Positions 14,717-25,426 of a DNA stretch of 64,000 bases are shown here, one piece after another. The translations under genes were made by a program, and so were the position numbers. Every line of letters begins with the position of its first letter. Within the stretch, counting starts at the first letter, position 1. This stretch comes from an uncultured Gammaproteobacteria bacterium (lineage in GTDB: Bacteria; Pseudomonadota; Gammaproteobacteria; UBA9214): contig CAVYZN010000002.1 of NCBI GenBank assembly GCA_963773065.1, positions 52,636 through 116,635 on the forward strand, given 5' to 3'. The notes beneath the pieces are model-generated. The model had not been told where the DNA came from, did no database searches, and was given only the letters and a program-made list of their open reading frames with translations.

Positions 14717-15682
14717 TCAGGCCTGGCGGTCGGTGAACACGCCATAGGCCATGAGGTGGCGGTAACGGGCCTCGATCAGCTCCTGCGGCGCGATCTCCCG
14801 CAGATGGCCCAGTTCCTCGAGCAGGGCCTGCTTGATGCTCGCGGCCGTGGCATCGATATCACGGTGGGCGCCGCCGAGCGGTTCCTCGATGATCCGGTCG
14901 ATCAGGCCGAGTTCCATCAGGCGTTTGGAGGTGATGCCGAGGGCCTCGGCGGCATCCTCCGCGTTGTCCGCACTTTTCCAGAGTATCGAGGCGCAGCCTT
15001 CGGGTGAGATGACCGAATAGGTGCTGTATTGCAGCATCATCACCCGGTCGCCGACGCCAATCGCCAGGGCGCCGCCCGAACCCCCTTCACCGATTACCGT
15101 ACAGATGATTGGGGTGCGCAAGTCCGACATCACGAACAGATTTCTCGCGATCGCCTCGCTCTGCCCGCGCTCCTCGGCGCCGATGCCCGGATAGGCGCCC
15201 GGCGTATCGATGAAGGTCAGCAGCGGCAGGCCGAAGCGTTCCGCCATCTTCATCAGACGCAGCGCCTTGCGGTAACCCTCGGGGCGCGGCATGCCGAAAT
15301 TGCGGTGCAGTTTCTCCTTGGTATCGCGCCCTTTCTGCTGGCCGATGATCATCACCGGCAAGCCGTCCAGACGCGCGACGCCGCCGATGATGGCTTGGTC
15401 ATCGGCATAACAGCGGTCGCCGTGCAATTCCTGGAAGTCGGTGAACATCCGCACGACATAATCCAGGGTATAGGGGCGCTGGGGGTGGCGGGACAGTTGC
15501 GAAATCTGCCAAGCCGACAGGCTGGAAAAGATGGACTGGGTCAGCGCCCTGCTTTTCGCCTCCAGCTTGGACACTTCGTCATTGATGTTCACCTCCGCAT
15601 CGTCGCCGACGTAGCGCAACTCATCAATTTTTGCTTCCAGTTCGGCGATGGGCTGCTCGAATTCCAGAAAATTCAGGTCCAT
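14717..15682 (-). CDS. accA: acetyl-CoA carboxylase carboxyltransferase alpha subunit
   Basis: [19 protein letters not shown]...[11 protein letters not shown]...[13 protein letters not shown]...GEGGSGGAL. Confidence 0.98.
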   Translation of the reverse strand: MDLNFLEFEQPIAELEAKIDELRYVGDDAEVNINDEVSKLEAKSRALTQSIFSSLSAWQISQLSRHPQRPYTLDYVVRMFTDFQELHGDRCYADDQAIIGGVARLDGLPVMIIGQQKGRDTKEKLHRNFGMPRPEGYRKALRLMKMAERFGLPLLTFIDTPGAYPGIGAEERGQSEAIARNLFVMSDLRTPIICTVIGEGGSGGALAIGVGDRVMMLQYSTYSVISPEGCASILWKSADNAEDAAEALGITSKRLMELGLIDRIIEEPLGGAHRDIDATAASIKQALLEELGHLREIAPQELIEARYRHLMAYGVFTDRQA

Positions 15683-15755
15683 GTCGTCATCCGGTGGTTT
15701 ACGGGAATGGCGTTTAAGGTACCGTTAACACCCCGTCGAGACAAGCCATGACCCA

Positions 15756-18700
15756 TCAGGTGTACTCGACCGCCACGCGTTCATGCCCGGCCAGTTCCTG
15801 CAGGCGGTGCAGCAGTTCGTCGGTCGGGTGTACCGTCCATTCATCTCCCAGCGCAATGCGCGCCTGCGCACGGCCGCCGAGATAATCGATGCAGACCCGG
15901 CACTGTCCCTCGCGGAAGGGCTGCAGGATAGCCGCCAGTGTACTGATGAAGCCGTTGCCCGCCTGATGCGCCTCGACGCCGACCACGAGCCGCCGCGCGA
16001 ACTGCTCGCGTGCCTGGTTGACATCATAGATGGCCTGCGCCGTGACTTGGTTGCCGCCGGAGTAATCATCCACGCCCAGTGTACCCTGTATCACCAGGAC
16101 CTTGTCCTTGCCGAGCAGGGCCTGGTGTTTGTCGTAGACCTCGGGAAAGATACGGACATCGATCTGCGCGCTATGGTCATCCAGGGTCAGAAACGCGATG
16201 TTGCCGCCGCGTTGGGTCTTGCGGACGCGCAACGTCATGACCAGCCCGGCAATGATGACCGGCCGCTCCCGGCCCTCAGCCCGCCCCGGCGCGGCCATGG
16301 GATTATCCGCGGCAAAGTTGGCCAAGCTGGCGAGCGTATTGCTGGTGATGCAGCCAAGTTCATGCTGATAACGGATGATGGGATGCCCGGTCAGATAAAG
16401 CCCCAGTGTCTCCTTTTCACCCAGCAGTTTCTGCTCCTCGTCCCATTCCGGCACGACCGGCCTCACCGGCGGCGGGCAGCCAAGCTCGGTCGCTTCACCG
16501 AACAGGTCGTCCTGTCCGGTATCCTGGTTGCGGGCATGCTGTTCAGCCAACTTCATCGCCAGCGGGAGATTCGCCATCTGCGTGGCCCGGTTGCTCCCCA
16601 TCGGGTCGAGCGCACCGCCGCGAATCAGGGACTCGAACACCCGCCGGTTGACCTTGTGCAGGTCGATGCGCCGGCAAAGATCGTAGAGATCGGAAAACAC
16701 GCCGTTCTCGCCGCGTTCGCGCAGCATCCCCTCGATCGCGGACTTCCCCACGCCCTTGATCGCGCCCAGTCCGTAGACGATGGTATCCCCGGCGCGGGCG
16801 GTGAAATAATAATCCGAGGCATTCACGTCCGGCGGAATGACCTTCAGTTTCATGTCCCGGCATTCCGCGATCAGCCGCACGATCTTGTCCGTGTTGTCCA
16901 TGTCCGCGGAGAGCACCGCGGCCATGAAGGCCGCCGGGTAATGCGCCTTCAGCCAGGCCGTCTGGTAGGAAATCAGGGCATAGGCGGCGGAGTGGCTCTT
17001 GTTGAAACCGTAGCCGGCGAACTTCTCCATCAGATCGAAAATACCGGTGGCGACCGAGGCGTTCACGCCCCGCTGCAGCGCACCCTCCTGGAAGATGGCG
17101 CGCTGCTTGGCCATTTCTTCCGGTTTCTTCTTGCCCATCGCCCGGCGCAGCAGGTCCGCCCCGCCGAGCGAGTACCCCGCGAGCACCTGGGCGATTTGCA
17201 TCACCTGCTCCTGGTAGAGGATGATCCCGTAGGTCGGTTTGAGTATCGGTTCCAGGTCGGGGTGTGGATAACTGACCCTCGCGCCATGCTTGCGCTTGAT
17301 GAAGTCGTCCACCATCCCGGACTGCAGCGGCCCGGGACGGAACAGGGCGACCAGCGCCACGATGTCCTCGAAATTGTCCGGTTGCAGGCGGCGGATCAGG
17401 TCCTTCATGCCGGAAGACTCGAGCTGGAATACCGCGGTAGTCGCGCAGGCTTTCAACAGGGCAAAGGTCGTCTCGTCCGTCAATGCAATGCTGCCGATAT
17501 CGACCGCCGGTTCGCCATCGGCCGCGCATCGGGCATTGATGGCATGCAGGGCGCGGTCGATGATCGTCAGGGTGCGCAGGCCGAGAAAGTCGAACTTGAC
17601 CAGCCCCACCGCCTCCACGTCGTCCTTGTCGAACTGGCTGACGAGCGCCTCGCCGCCCTGCTCGCAGTAGAGCGGCGTGAAGTCCGTCAGCCTCGAAGGG
17701 GCGATAACCACGCCGCCGGCATGTTTGCCCGCGTTGCGCGCCAGGCCCTCGAGTGACCTGGCCAGGTCGATCACGGTTCTGACGTCATCATCGCCTTCAT
17801 ACAGGTCACGCAGCGCGGCCTCCTGCTCCAGCGCCTTGTCGAGGGTGATGCCGATCTCGAAGGGAATCAGCTTGGCGATACGATCGACGAAACCATACGG
17901 GTGTCCCAGCACCCGGCCGACATCGCGCACCACCGCCTTGGCGGCCATCGAGCCGTAGGTGATGATCTGGGACACGCGATCCCGGCCGTAGCGCTCGGCG
18001 ACGTAATCGATGACGCGGTCGCGCCCGTCCATGCAGAAGTCCACGTCGAAGTCCGGCATCGAGACCCGTTCCGGATTCAGAAAACGCTCGAACAGCAGGT
18101 CGTATTTGATCGGATCGAGATCGGTGATGGCAAGCGCATAGGCAACCAGGGAACCGGCGCCCGATCCGCGTCCGGGCCCGACGGGGATGCCGTTATCCTT
18201 CGCCCAGGTGATGAAGTCGGCAACGATCAGGAAATAACCCGGAAAGCCCATTTCGATGATGACGTTGATCTCGGTATCGAGGCGTTCCAGGTATTTGCGC
18301 CGCCGTGTCTCGAGGTCCGGCGTATCCGGGGACAGGATTTTTTTCAGGCGCAGATCCAGTCCCGCACGCGCCTGCCGGCGAAAGTAGTCGTCCAGCGTCA
18401 GGCCTGCCGGAACGGGAAAATCCGGGAGATAATTCTTGCCCAGATTAAGTTCCAGGTTGCAGCGTTTGGCGATTTCGACCGTGTTCGCAAGCGCCTCGGG
18501 CAGATCGCGGAACAGTTCCGCCATTTCCCCGGGTGTGCGCAGATACTGCTGATCGCTGAATTGGCGGGAGCGGCGGGGGTCGTTCAGGGTACGCCCCTCG
18601 TTGATGCAGACGCGCGCCTCATGCGCCTCGAAATCGGCCGACCTCAGAAAGTGCACGTCGTTGGTGGCGACCACCGGTACATCGGCGGCGGCGGCCAACG

Positions 18701-19256
18701 TGACGGCCTGGTGCAGGTACTCCTCCTCTCCCGGGCGTCCGGTGCGCTGCAATTCCAGGTAGAAGCTGTCCGGGAAGAGCCTGCGCCAGCCATTCAGCAA
18801 CGTGCGCGCCTGTTCGGTTTTCCTGGCAAGCAAGGCCTGGCCGATATCACCCGAGCGTCCCCCCGAAAGTGCGATAAGACCTTCCGTGTTGCCTTCCAGC
18901 CAGGATTTGTCGAGCAGCGGGATTCCACGCTGCTGGCCCTCGGTGTAGGTGCGAGACACCAGTCGGGTGAGACTCAGAAAACCCTCATTGTGCCTGCAGA
19001 GCAGGACGACCCGTGTAGGTTGCCCGTTGCCGGATTCTTCCGCGACCCAGAGATCCACGCCAATAACCGGCTTGACGCCGGCTTTCATGGCGGCACGGTA
19101 GAACTTGACCATAGCAAACAGGTTGCTCTGGTCGGTAACCGCGATGGCGGGCATCGCCATCTCGGCCGCCGCCTCGACCAGTGGCTGAATACGGACGGTT
19201 CCGTTCGCCAGCGAATACTCGGTGTGAACGTGAAGGTGTACGTAGGCGGGAGGCAT
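15756..19256 (-). CDS. dnaE: DNA polymerase III alpha subunit
   Basis: YVHLHVHTEYSL, PVGPGRGSGAGS, FERFLNPERVSMPDFDVDF, GLVKFDFLGLRTL, FAGYGFNKSHSAAY. 1166 aa with no intein visible. Confidence 0.99.
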   Translation of the reverse strand: MPPAYVHLHVHTEYSLANGTVRIQPLVEAAAEMAMPAIAVTDQSNLFAMVKFYRAAMKAGVKPVIGVDLWVAEESGNGQPTRVVLLCRHNEGFLSLTRLVSRTYTEGQQRGIPLLDKSWLEGNTEGLIALSGGRSGDIGQALLARKTEQARTLLNGWRRLFPDSFYLELQRTGRPGEEEYLHQAVTLAAAADVPVVATNDVHFLRSADFEAHEARVCINEGRTLNDPRRSRQFSDQQYLRTPGEMAELFRDLPEALANTVEIAKRCNLELNLGKNYLPDFPVPAGLTLDDYFRRQARAGLDLRLKKILSPDTPDLETRRRKYLERLDTEINVIIEMGFPGYFLIVADFITWAKDNGIPVGPGRGSGAGSLVAYALAITDLDPIKYDLLFERFLNPERVSMPDFDVDFCMDGRDRVIDYVAERYGRDRVSQIITYGSMAAKAVVRDVGRVLGHPYGFVDRIAKLIPFEIGITLDKALEQEAALRDLYEGDDDVRTVIDLARSLEGLARNAGKHAGGVVIAPSRLTDFTPLYCEQGGEALVSQFDKDDVEAVGLVKFDFLGLRTLTIIDRALHAINARCAADGEPAVDIGSIALTDETTFALLKACATTAVFQLESSGMKDLIRRLQPDNFEDIVALVALFRPGPLQSGMVDDFIKRKHGARVSYPHPDLEPILKPTYGIILYQEQVMQIAQVLAGYSLGGADLLRRAMGKKKPEEMAKQRAIFQEGALQRGVNASVATGIFDLMEKFAGYGFNKSHSAAYALISYQTAWLKAHYPAAFMAAVLSADMDNTDKIVRLIAECRDMKLKVIPPDVNASDYYFTARAGDTIVYGLGAIKGVGKSAIEGMLRERGENGVFSDLYDLCRRIDLHKVNRRVFESLIRGGALDPMGSNRATQMANLPLAMKLAEQHARNQDTGQDDLFGEATELGCPPPVRPVVPEWDEEQKLLGEKETLGLYLTGHPIIRYQHELGCITSNTLASLANFAADNPMAAPGRAEGRERPVIIAGLVMTLRVRKTQRGGNIAFLTLDDHSAQIDVRIFPEVYDKHQALLGKDKVLVIQGTLGVDDYSGGNQVTAQAIYDVNQAREQFARRLVVGVEAHQAGNGFISTLAAILQPFREGQCRVCIDYLGGRAQARIALGDEWTVHPTDELLHRLQELAGHERVAVEYT

Positions 19257-19564
19257 TAAATAAGGTTTCCGGGTCTCGGGGCTATTTTCAAGCGCCAGAT
19301 CAATCCAATGACATTTCTATGAATGTTTTTTATCTATATGTTACATATGGATATTTATTTTCCGGTCGCGTCATCATCCTGGGCGGATCCAAGGCCGGCA
19401 ACTATAGCATAGGACACGCCGCCACTCCCCTCGCGCCACCAGAGTGTCCCTCAAGACCATCGAATCCCTATTGATGACTCAATCCCGCTGGCTGACGGTC
19501 GATAGAAAGACGTTCGATAAGAAACTAACCAACCGGCAAATTAACGCTAACCATCGAATCACTC

Positions 19565-20698
19565 ATGAAAACGAAAATTCCAAATCGAATCACGTCAATC
19601 TTCGAAGAGGGGCAGTTGCGGGGTTTCTTCCACAGCATGGCGGAGCTGCAGTGGCTGCTGCTTATACTGGTCATATTGTATTTCTGCATCCCAACACGCC
19701 CCATCGATGATCCCGATGCCTTGATCGTGGTCATGGTGTCCTTCGCCGGGTTCGAGTTGCTGTTCCGATATCTCAAGGTTCATGCCCGCGGGATACGCTG
19801 GAAACTTGCCATCGAAACCTTGGGCATGATCGGCTTCATCACGTTTACCTTGTGGTGTACGGGGATGATCGAAAGCCCACTGCTCAACCTCTACCTGCTG
19901 GTCATCATCGCCTGCGCCATTACCCTGGGCAAGGTGGCGACCTTGCTGGAGGTCATGTTGATCGCCTCCTGTTATCTCCACATGGGATACGCGAGCCACG
20001 GTACGGATATCTTCACTCCCGAAACATTCACTACCCTGATGGCAAATTTTTCGCCGTTCCTGCTGGTGGCCTATGTCACTTCCATGCTGGCCGAGGATGT
20101 CCATCATGCCAAGCGGGAAATCACCGTGCAGTCGCAGACGGACGAGTTGACCGGCCTGTTGAACATGCGTGCCTTCGCCATAATCCTGGACAAGGAGATC
20201 GCAACTGCCGGGCGCTACCTCCACCCCGTCACGCTCATCATGATTGACGTGGACAAACTCAAGCACATCAACGACCAATTTGGCCATGGCGCGGGAAGCC
20301 GGCTGCTCAAGACGGTTGCCGGATCGATCAATGACTGCGTCCGCGCCTCCGATGTACTGGCACGCTATGGCGGCGATGAATTCGTCGTGCTGATGCCGCA
20401 CACGGGCAGCAAGGCGGCGCGTTTCGCCGCCGAACGCATCCGCGAGGCCATCCATACCTCCTTTATCGAGGTGAACGGGGAGCGCATTGCCGCCACCGCA
20501 AGCCTCGGCATCGCCAGTTACCCCGAAGGTGTCGATGACGTCCGTGATATCCTGGAAAAGGCGGACGTCGCGCTTTACAAAAGCAAGCAATCGGGCCGCA
20601 ACCGGGTCACTTATTACCGGAAGGATTTCGATGTGGTACGGCATCTGCCGGAACCAAATCCGGCGGTCATTCCACATCCTTCGGCAGCAGTTTCCTGA
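19565..20698 (+). CDS. membrane-bound diguanylate cyclase (GGDEF)
   Basis: Several hydrophobic N-terminal segments, then [11 protein letters not shown]...[18 protein letters not shown]...[14 protein letters not shown] with an intact A-site and an RxxD I-site. Confidence 0.92.
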   Translation: MKTKIPNRITSIFEEGQLRGFFHSMAELQWLLLILVILYFCIPTRPIDDPDALIVVMVSFAGFELLFRYLKVHARGIRWKLAIETLGMIGFITFTLWCTGMIESPLLNLYLLVIIACAITLGKVATLLEVMLIASCYLHMGYASHGTDIFTPETFTTLMANFSPFLLVAYVTSMLAEDVHHAKREITVQSQTDELTGLLNMRAFAIILDKEIATAGRYLHPVTLIMIDVDKLKHINDQFGHGAGSRLLKTVAGSINDCVRASDVLARYGGDEFVVLMPHTGSKAARFAAERIREAIHTSFIEVNGERIAATASLGIASYPEGVDDVRDILEKADVALYKSKQSGRNRVTYYRKDFDVVRHLPEPNPAVIPHPSAAVS

Positions 20699-21269
20699 CC
20701 GGCGCATAGCTGCGACGGTGCAGTGGGGTGACCCCCAGTCTTTGCAGGGCCTGCAGGTGCTGTTCACTCGGGTATCCCTTGTGCCGGGCTAGACCATAGC
20801 CGGGATAGAGCCGGTCCATTTCCTGCATCTCGCGATCACGGGTGACCTTGGCGATGATCGAGGCGGCGCTGATCGCAGCGATCCTGCTGTCGCCCCTGAC
20901 GATGGCCTGCACGGGACAATTCAGGCGGGGACACTGATTACCGTCGACGAGCACATAGTCCGCGGCGGGTGTCAGCATTTCAACGGCACGGCGCATGGCG
21001 AGCAGCGTCGCCTGGAGTATGTTCAGCCGGTCGATTTCATCGACCTCGGAACGACCCACGGCCCAGGCAATCGCCTTTTGCGTGATTTCCAGGTAAAGGG
21101 CCTCGCGACGTGACGGCGTGAGCTGTTTTGAATCCTTCAGCCCGATCACGGGATTTCCCGGATCGAGAATGACCGCCGCGGCGATAACCGGTCCCGCCAG
21201 GGGCCCGCGACCCGCCTCGTCCACCCCGGCAACATGCCCGCAGGGGATATAAGGCAGGTCAATAGCCAT
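20667..21269 (-). CDS. rnhB: ribonuclease HII
   Basis: [15 protein letters not shown]...DSKQL...DGN...[13 protein letters not shown]...HKGYP. Confidence 0.97.
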   Translation of the reverse strand: MAIDLPYIPCGHVAGVDEAGRGPLAGPVIAAAVILDPGNPVIGLKDSKQLTPSRREALYLEITQKAIAWAVGRSEVDEIDRLNILQATLLAMRRAVEMLTPAADYVLVDGNQCPRLNCPVQAIVRGDSRIAAISAASIIAKVTRDREMQEMDRLYPGYGLARHKGYPSEQHLQALQRLGVTPLHRRSYAPVRKLLPKDVE

Positions 21270-22423
21270 CACGCCCCACCATGGCAAGCACAACATCGGC
21301 GGCAGATCGGTTAGCGTCCCGCCGCAATTCGGCATGTATGCCCGAGAAATACCGCCTCCAGCTCTCGCGTCACTCGGGGATTGTTGATCAGCCGCATGAT
21401 CTCCGCGCCGATTTTTTCGCCCGTCAGTCCCTGCTGGATGATTTCCCGCACAAGCGGCCGTCCGGCCAGCAGGTTGGGCAGGGAATACTGGCGCGTCTTT
21501 ACCAGGAGCCTTGCAATCCGGTAGGTCAGCGGCGACATCCGGTAGGCGACCACCATGGGGCGTTTGAGCAGCATGCACTCGAGAGCCGCCGTGCCGCAGG
21601 CGAGCAACACGGCATCCGCCGCGGCCATCGCCTCGAGTGACCTGCCGTTGAGCAGGGTGACAGGCAGCGGCTCACGGAGACGGTGCAGTTCCTTCTCGAA
21701 CACTACACGGCATTCCCTGTTTGCCAATGCCACGACAAACCGCATGTCCGGCCTGAGTTTCCAGCACCATAGCGCGGTCTGGATGAAAGGCCCGGCGAGC
21801 CGCCGGACTTCATCGCGCCGACTGCCCGGCAGCATGGCGACGAGCGGCGCCTCCAGCGGAAAGCCGAGATGATGGCGCGCCGCCGCGGGATTGATCTCAT
21901 CCACTAACTGGTCCGCCAGCGGATGGCCCACATAGCGAACCTGCAGAGGCTGTTCCCGGTAAAACTGCTCTTCAAACGGGAACAATGTCAGCAGACAATC
22001 GCAGCTTTGCGCTATCTTGCGCACCCGGTACCGGCGCCAGGCCCAGACCGCCGGACTGACATAATGCAAGGTCCTTATGCCGGCCTGCCTGAGGCTGCGC
22101 TCAAGCGCCAGGTTAAAATCCGGCGCGTCGATCCCGATGAAGATATCCGGGGGCGTCCTGAGAAAGTACGCACGCAGATCGCGTCTCATGGCAAGCAGGG
22201 ACGGCAGGCGCCTCACCACTTCGGTGATACCCATGACCGAAAGCCTCTCCATGGGGTAGAGACTGTAACAGCCGGCGTCAGACATGCGCCGCCCGCCGAT
22301 GCCCTCGAATACCGCATTCGGGACCTGCTCACGAATGGCATTGATCAGGCCCGCGCCCAAGGCATCGCCCGAGGCCTCACCGGCTACGATACCGACATGA
22401 AGGGGATGGGTCTTGTCAGACAC
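21259..22423 (-). CDS. lpxB: lipid-A-disaccharide synthase, frameshift near 21345
   Basis: [13 protein letters not shown]...GIDAPDFN...[11 protein letters not shown]...LPGSR. The corrected tail [18 protein letters not shown] ends at 21259. Confidence 0.95.
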
Positions 22424-22520
22424 GCCCGCCTCGGGAAGCGCAAAGAACGCGGTTGACGCGGTATTTACACCGGGTTTCGCTCAGGCGAGCGTCCGGGAAC
22501 CGGGAGGATGGGGACATGCG

Positions 22521-23291
22521 CTACCTTACGATGCCGCGTTTTCTGTGTTCGACAAATGCCGCCAGCACGGCAACCGCCGCATCCTGCCCGGACTGCTCAT
22601 GCAGCCGTTCGAGCGCCTCCTGCAAGGAGAGGTTGGACCGGTAGAGCGTCCGGTAGGCCTGCCGTAACGCCTTGCGGGTTGCATCGGAGTAACCATGGCG
22701 GCGCAGGCCTTCAATGTTCAAACCCGAGGTACGGGCAGGGTTCCCGGTTACCGTCACAAAGGGCGGCACATCCTTGTTGATGACGCTGCCGAAGGCGCAG
22801 AACGCATGCGCGCCGATGGCGCAGAACTGGTGCACGAGCGTAAAGCCGCCGAGGATCGCGCAGTCATCGACGCTGACATGACCGGCCAGGGACGCGCCGT
22901 TGGCGAAAACGGTCTGGTTCCCCACCTGGCAATCATGCGCAATGTGCGCATAAGCCATGATCCAGTTGTCATCGCCCAGGCGAGTCACGCCCTCGTGCTG
23001 CAAGGTGCCGCGATTGATCGTGACGTATTCGCGAATCACATTCCGGTCGCCCATCTCGAGCCGTGTCGGTTCTCCCGAATACTTCTTATCCTGTGGCGCA
23101 TCCCCGATCGAGGCGAACTGGTGGATCTTGTTATCCCGGCCGATGCGCGTCGGACCATTGATCACGACATGCGGGCCGATCCAGGTTCCGGAGCCGATGA
23201 CGACATCGGAACCGATCACCGAAAACGGTCCGACACTGACATCCCCGGCAAGCTCGGCAGCGCGGTCGACGACCGCCCGTTGGTCTATCAA
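22521..23291 (-). CDS. lpxA: UDP-N-acetylglucosamine acyltransferase
   Basis: Hexapeptide repeats, [46 protein letters not shown]. Confidence 0.97.
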   Translation of the reverse strand: MIDQRAVVDRAAELAGDVSVGPFSVIGSDVVIGSGTWIGPHVVINGPTRIGRDNKIHQFASIGDAPQDKKYSGEPTRLEMGDRNVIREYVTINRGTLQHEGVTRLGDDNWIMAYAHIAHDCQVGNQTVFANGASLAGHVSVDDCAILGGFTLVHQFCAIGAHAFCAFGSVINKDVPPFVTVTGNPARTSGLNIEGLRRHGYSDATRKALRQAYRTLYRSNLSLQEALERLHEQSGQDAAVAVLAAFVEHRKRGIVR

Positions 23292-23728
23292 GTGTTGATA
23301 TCTCTCTCGGTGCACATAATTTGCGCCGAGGCGGCAATCCGGCCTTCCACCCGGGCATCACAGTCGAACATCCAGATACCGCGCTTTGCCTTGAGCAGCC
23401 GGGCCGTGAGCAGCAGTTGGTCGCCGGGTTCCACGGGGCGTTTGAAACGGACCTTGTCCATGCCGACCAGATAGTAGAGTGTGTCCCGGTTCGCCGTATT
23501 TTCCAGCGTGCGGAATGCCAGCAGGCCGGTCGCCTGCGCCATGGCCTCCAGGATCAGCACCCCCGGCATGACCGGCCGCTGCGGAAAGTGCCCCTGAAAA
23601 AACGGTTCGTTATAGGTGACATTCTTGATGCCGGTGAGCGATTCGCCCTTGTTGAATTCAAGCACCCGGTCGATCAGCAGAAAGGGATAGCGGTGCGGCA
23701 GATGCCTGAGTATGTCATTTATGTCCAT
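23288..23728 (-). CDS. fabZ: 3-hydroxyacyl-ACP dehydratase
   Basis: [13 protein letters not shown]...[32 protein letters not shown]. Confidence 0.98.
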   Translation of the reverse strand: MDINDILRHLPHRYPFLLIDRVLEFNKGESLTGIKNVTYNEPFFQGHFPQRPVMPGVLILEAMAQATGLLAFRTLENTANRDTLYYLVGMDKVRFKRPVEPGDQLLLTARLLKAKRGIWMFDCDARVEGRIAASAQIMCTERDINT

Positions 23729-23807
23729 GGGTATAGGGTGTCATCCTGTGATGAGTAATCGTTGGCTCCAGGCAGGCATCACCATGTCTGCGGGAGATCC
23801 TCCGCCG

Positions 23808-24836
23808 TTAATCAGTTGCCGACGGGGCAAGCTGCTGCTCGATCTTCCGCATCTTCCTTGCCAGTCTATCCAGGCGTCTGAAACGGGCAATATTCCTGTT
23901 CCAGGCCGCATTCTCTTGCGCGGGCACGCCGGAGGAGTATACGCCGGGACGCGTGATCGATTTCGTCACCAGTGTCATGGCGGTGATGACGACATGATCG
24001 CTGATCTCCAGATGGCCAAGGATGCCGGCCCCGCCCCCGATGCTGCAGTGGCCGCCGATGCTTGCGCTGCCCGCGATTCCGACGCAGGCGGCGATCGCCG
24101 TATGCGCGCCTATCAATACATTGTGTGCAACCTGGACTTGGTTATCGAGCTTCACGCCGTCCTCGATAATCGTGTCATCCAAAGCACCCCGGTCTATGGT
24201 CGAGCCGGCGCCGATTTCAACATCATTGCCGATGCAGACTCCGCCGAGCTGCGGCACCTTCAGCCAGCGGCCATGCTCATGCGCCAGGCCGAAACCGTCA
24301 CTGCCGATCACCACGCCGGGGTGCAGCACGACCCGCTCCCCGATCCTGACACCGTGGCAGACGACCACGTTGGCGTGAAGGACGCAGTCGGCGCCGATGC
24401 GACTGTCCCGCCCTACGTGACACCCGCCGTAGAGCTGCGCACCGGCGGCGAGCGCGGCCCCGTCCTCGATGACGCAATGCGGGCCCACCCAGGCGGACGG
24501 CGCGATTTCGCACCCCGCACCGATGACCGCACTCGGGTGCACGCCTCGTCGCAAGGTCGGAGGTGATGACAAAAGCGCCGCGGCCCGGGCGTACGCGGCG
24601 TAGGGATTTGCGACGGTGATCGTCGCCGTCGGGCATGCGGGCGCAAACGCGGCGTCGAGTATGACGGCAGACGCCCGCGTGGCAGGCAGATATTTCCTGT
24701 AGACCCTGTTCGCCAGAAAGCTGATGGCGCCAGGCCCCGCCTGCCGGAGGCTCGCGACCGAGGTGATCACACAAGCGGGGTCACCGTGCAACTCGCCTCC
24801 CAGCCTGCGCGCCAGTTCCCCCAGAGCAAGGCCCAT
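23808..24836 (-). CDS. lpxD: UDP-3-O-acylglucosamine N-acyltransferase
   Basis: [46 protein letters not shown]. Confidence 0.97.
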   Translation of the reverse strand: MGLALGELARRLGGELHGDPACVITSVASLRQAGPGAISFLANRVYRKYLPATRASAVILDAAFAPACPTATITVANPYAAYARAAALLSSPPTLRRGVHPSAVIGAGCEIAPSAWVGPHCVIEDGAALAAGAQLYGGCHVGRDSRIGADCVLHANVVVCHGVRIGERVVLHPGVVIGSDGFGLAHEHGRWLKVPQLGGVCIGNDVEIGAGSTIDRGALDDTIIEDGVKLDNQVQVAHNVLIGAHTAIAACVGIAGSASIGGHCSIGGGAGILGHLEISDHVVITAMTLVTKSITRPGVYSSGVPAQENAAWNRNIARFRRLDRLARKMRKIEQQLAPSATD

Positions 24837-24874
24837 CCAGGTGCTTCCCTATATGCCGAGAGGGTTTACCGGGA

Positions 24875-25426
24875 TCACTGTTTGAGTTTCTTCAGCACGC
24901 TCTCGGTGACATCGACCTTGTCGCTCGAGTAGGCCACCCCCCCGGACAGTATCAGGTCGAAGTTCTGTTCCTTGGCGAAGGCGATGACCGCATCGAGAAT
25001 GTCCTTCTGCAGTTTCGAGAGCACCTCGTTGCGTCTGATGTTGAGATCATCGCGGAATTCCTCCTGAGTGCGTTTCAGGTCACGGCGCTTGGCGAGCACA
25101 TCACGCTCCAGTTTGGAACTCTCGGACTCGCTCATGACACTGCCCTCGCGGGACTGGCGGTCTTCCAGTGCGCGTATCTCCTGCTGCAGTTTGGTGAGTT
25201 CCTTCTCTCTGGGCGCAAATTCCGATTCAATCTTGGCTTGCGCGGCTTTTACCTGCGGCGCGGCTTCCATCAGCTTCGCCGTGTCCACGAAGCCGATCTT
25301 CGTCTCCGCCAGGGCGCCGCCGGCGTACATGAAAAATGTGGCGGCGAATGCCGTCATTAGTCGTGCTGGTCTGTATCTGTTCAAGATAGTTCTCCAATGT
25401 TGCCTGTTTGCCTGTTTGCTTGTCAC
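24875..25426 (-). CDS. skp: periplasmic chaperone Skp/OmpH
   Basis: Signal peptide, then ETKIGFVD...LMEAAPQ...EFAPR...FREDLNIRRNE-like segment...FDLIL...DVTESVLKKL. Lies between bamA and lpxD; the start is uncertain. Confidence 0.93.
   Translation of the reverse strand: MTSKQANRQHWRTILNRYRPARLMTAFAATFFMYAGGALAETKIGFVDTAKLMEAAPQVKAAQAKIESEFAPREKELTKLQQEIRALEDRQSREGSVMSESESSKLERDVLAKRRDLKRTQEEFRDDLNIRRNEVLSKLQKDILDAVIAFAKEQNFDLILSGGVAYSSDKVDVTESVLKKLKQ

Noticed and set aside
15756-19256. Intein in dnaE
   Set aside because: The length (1166 aa) is normal and no intein motifs are visible.
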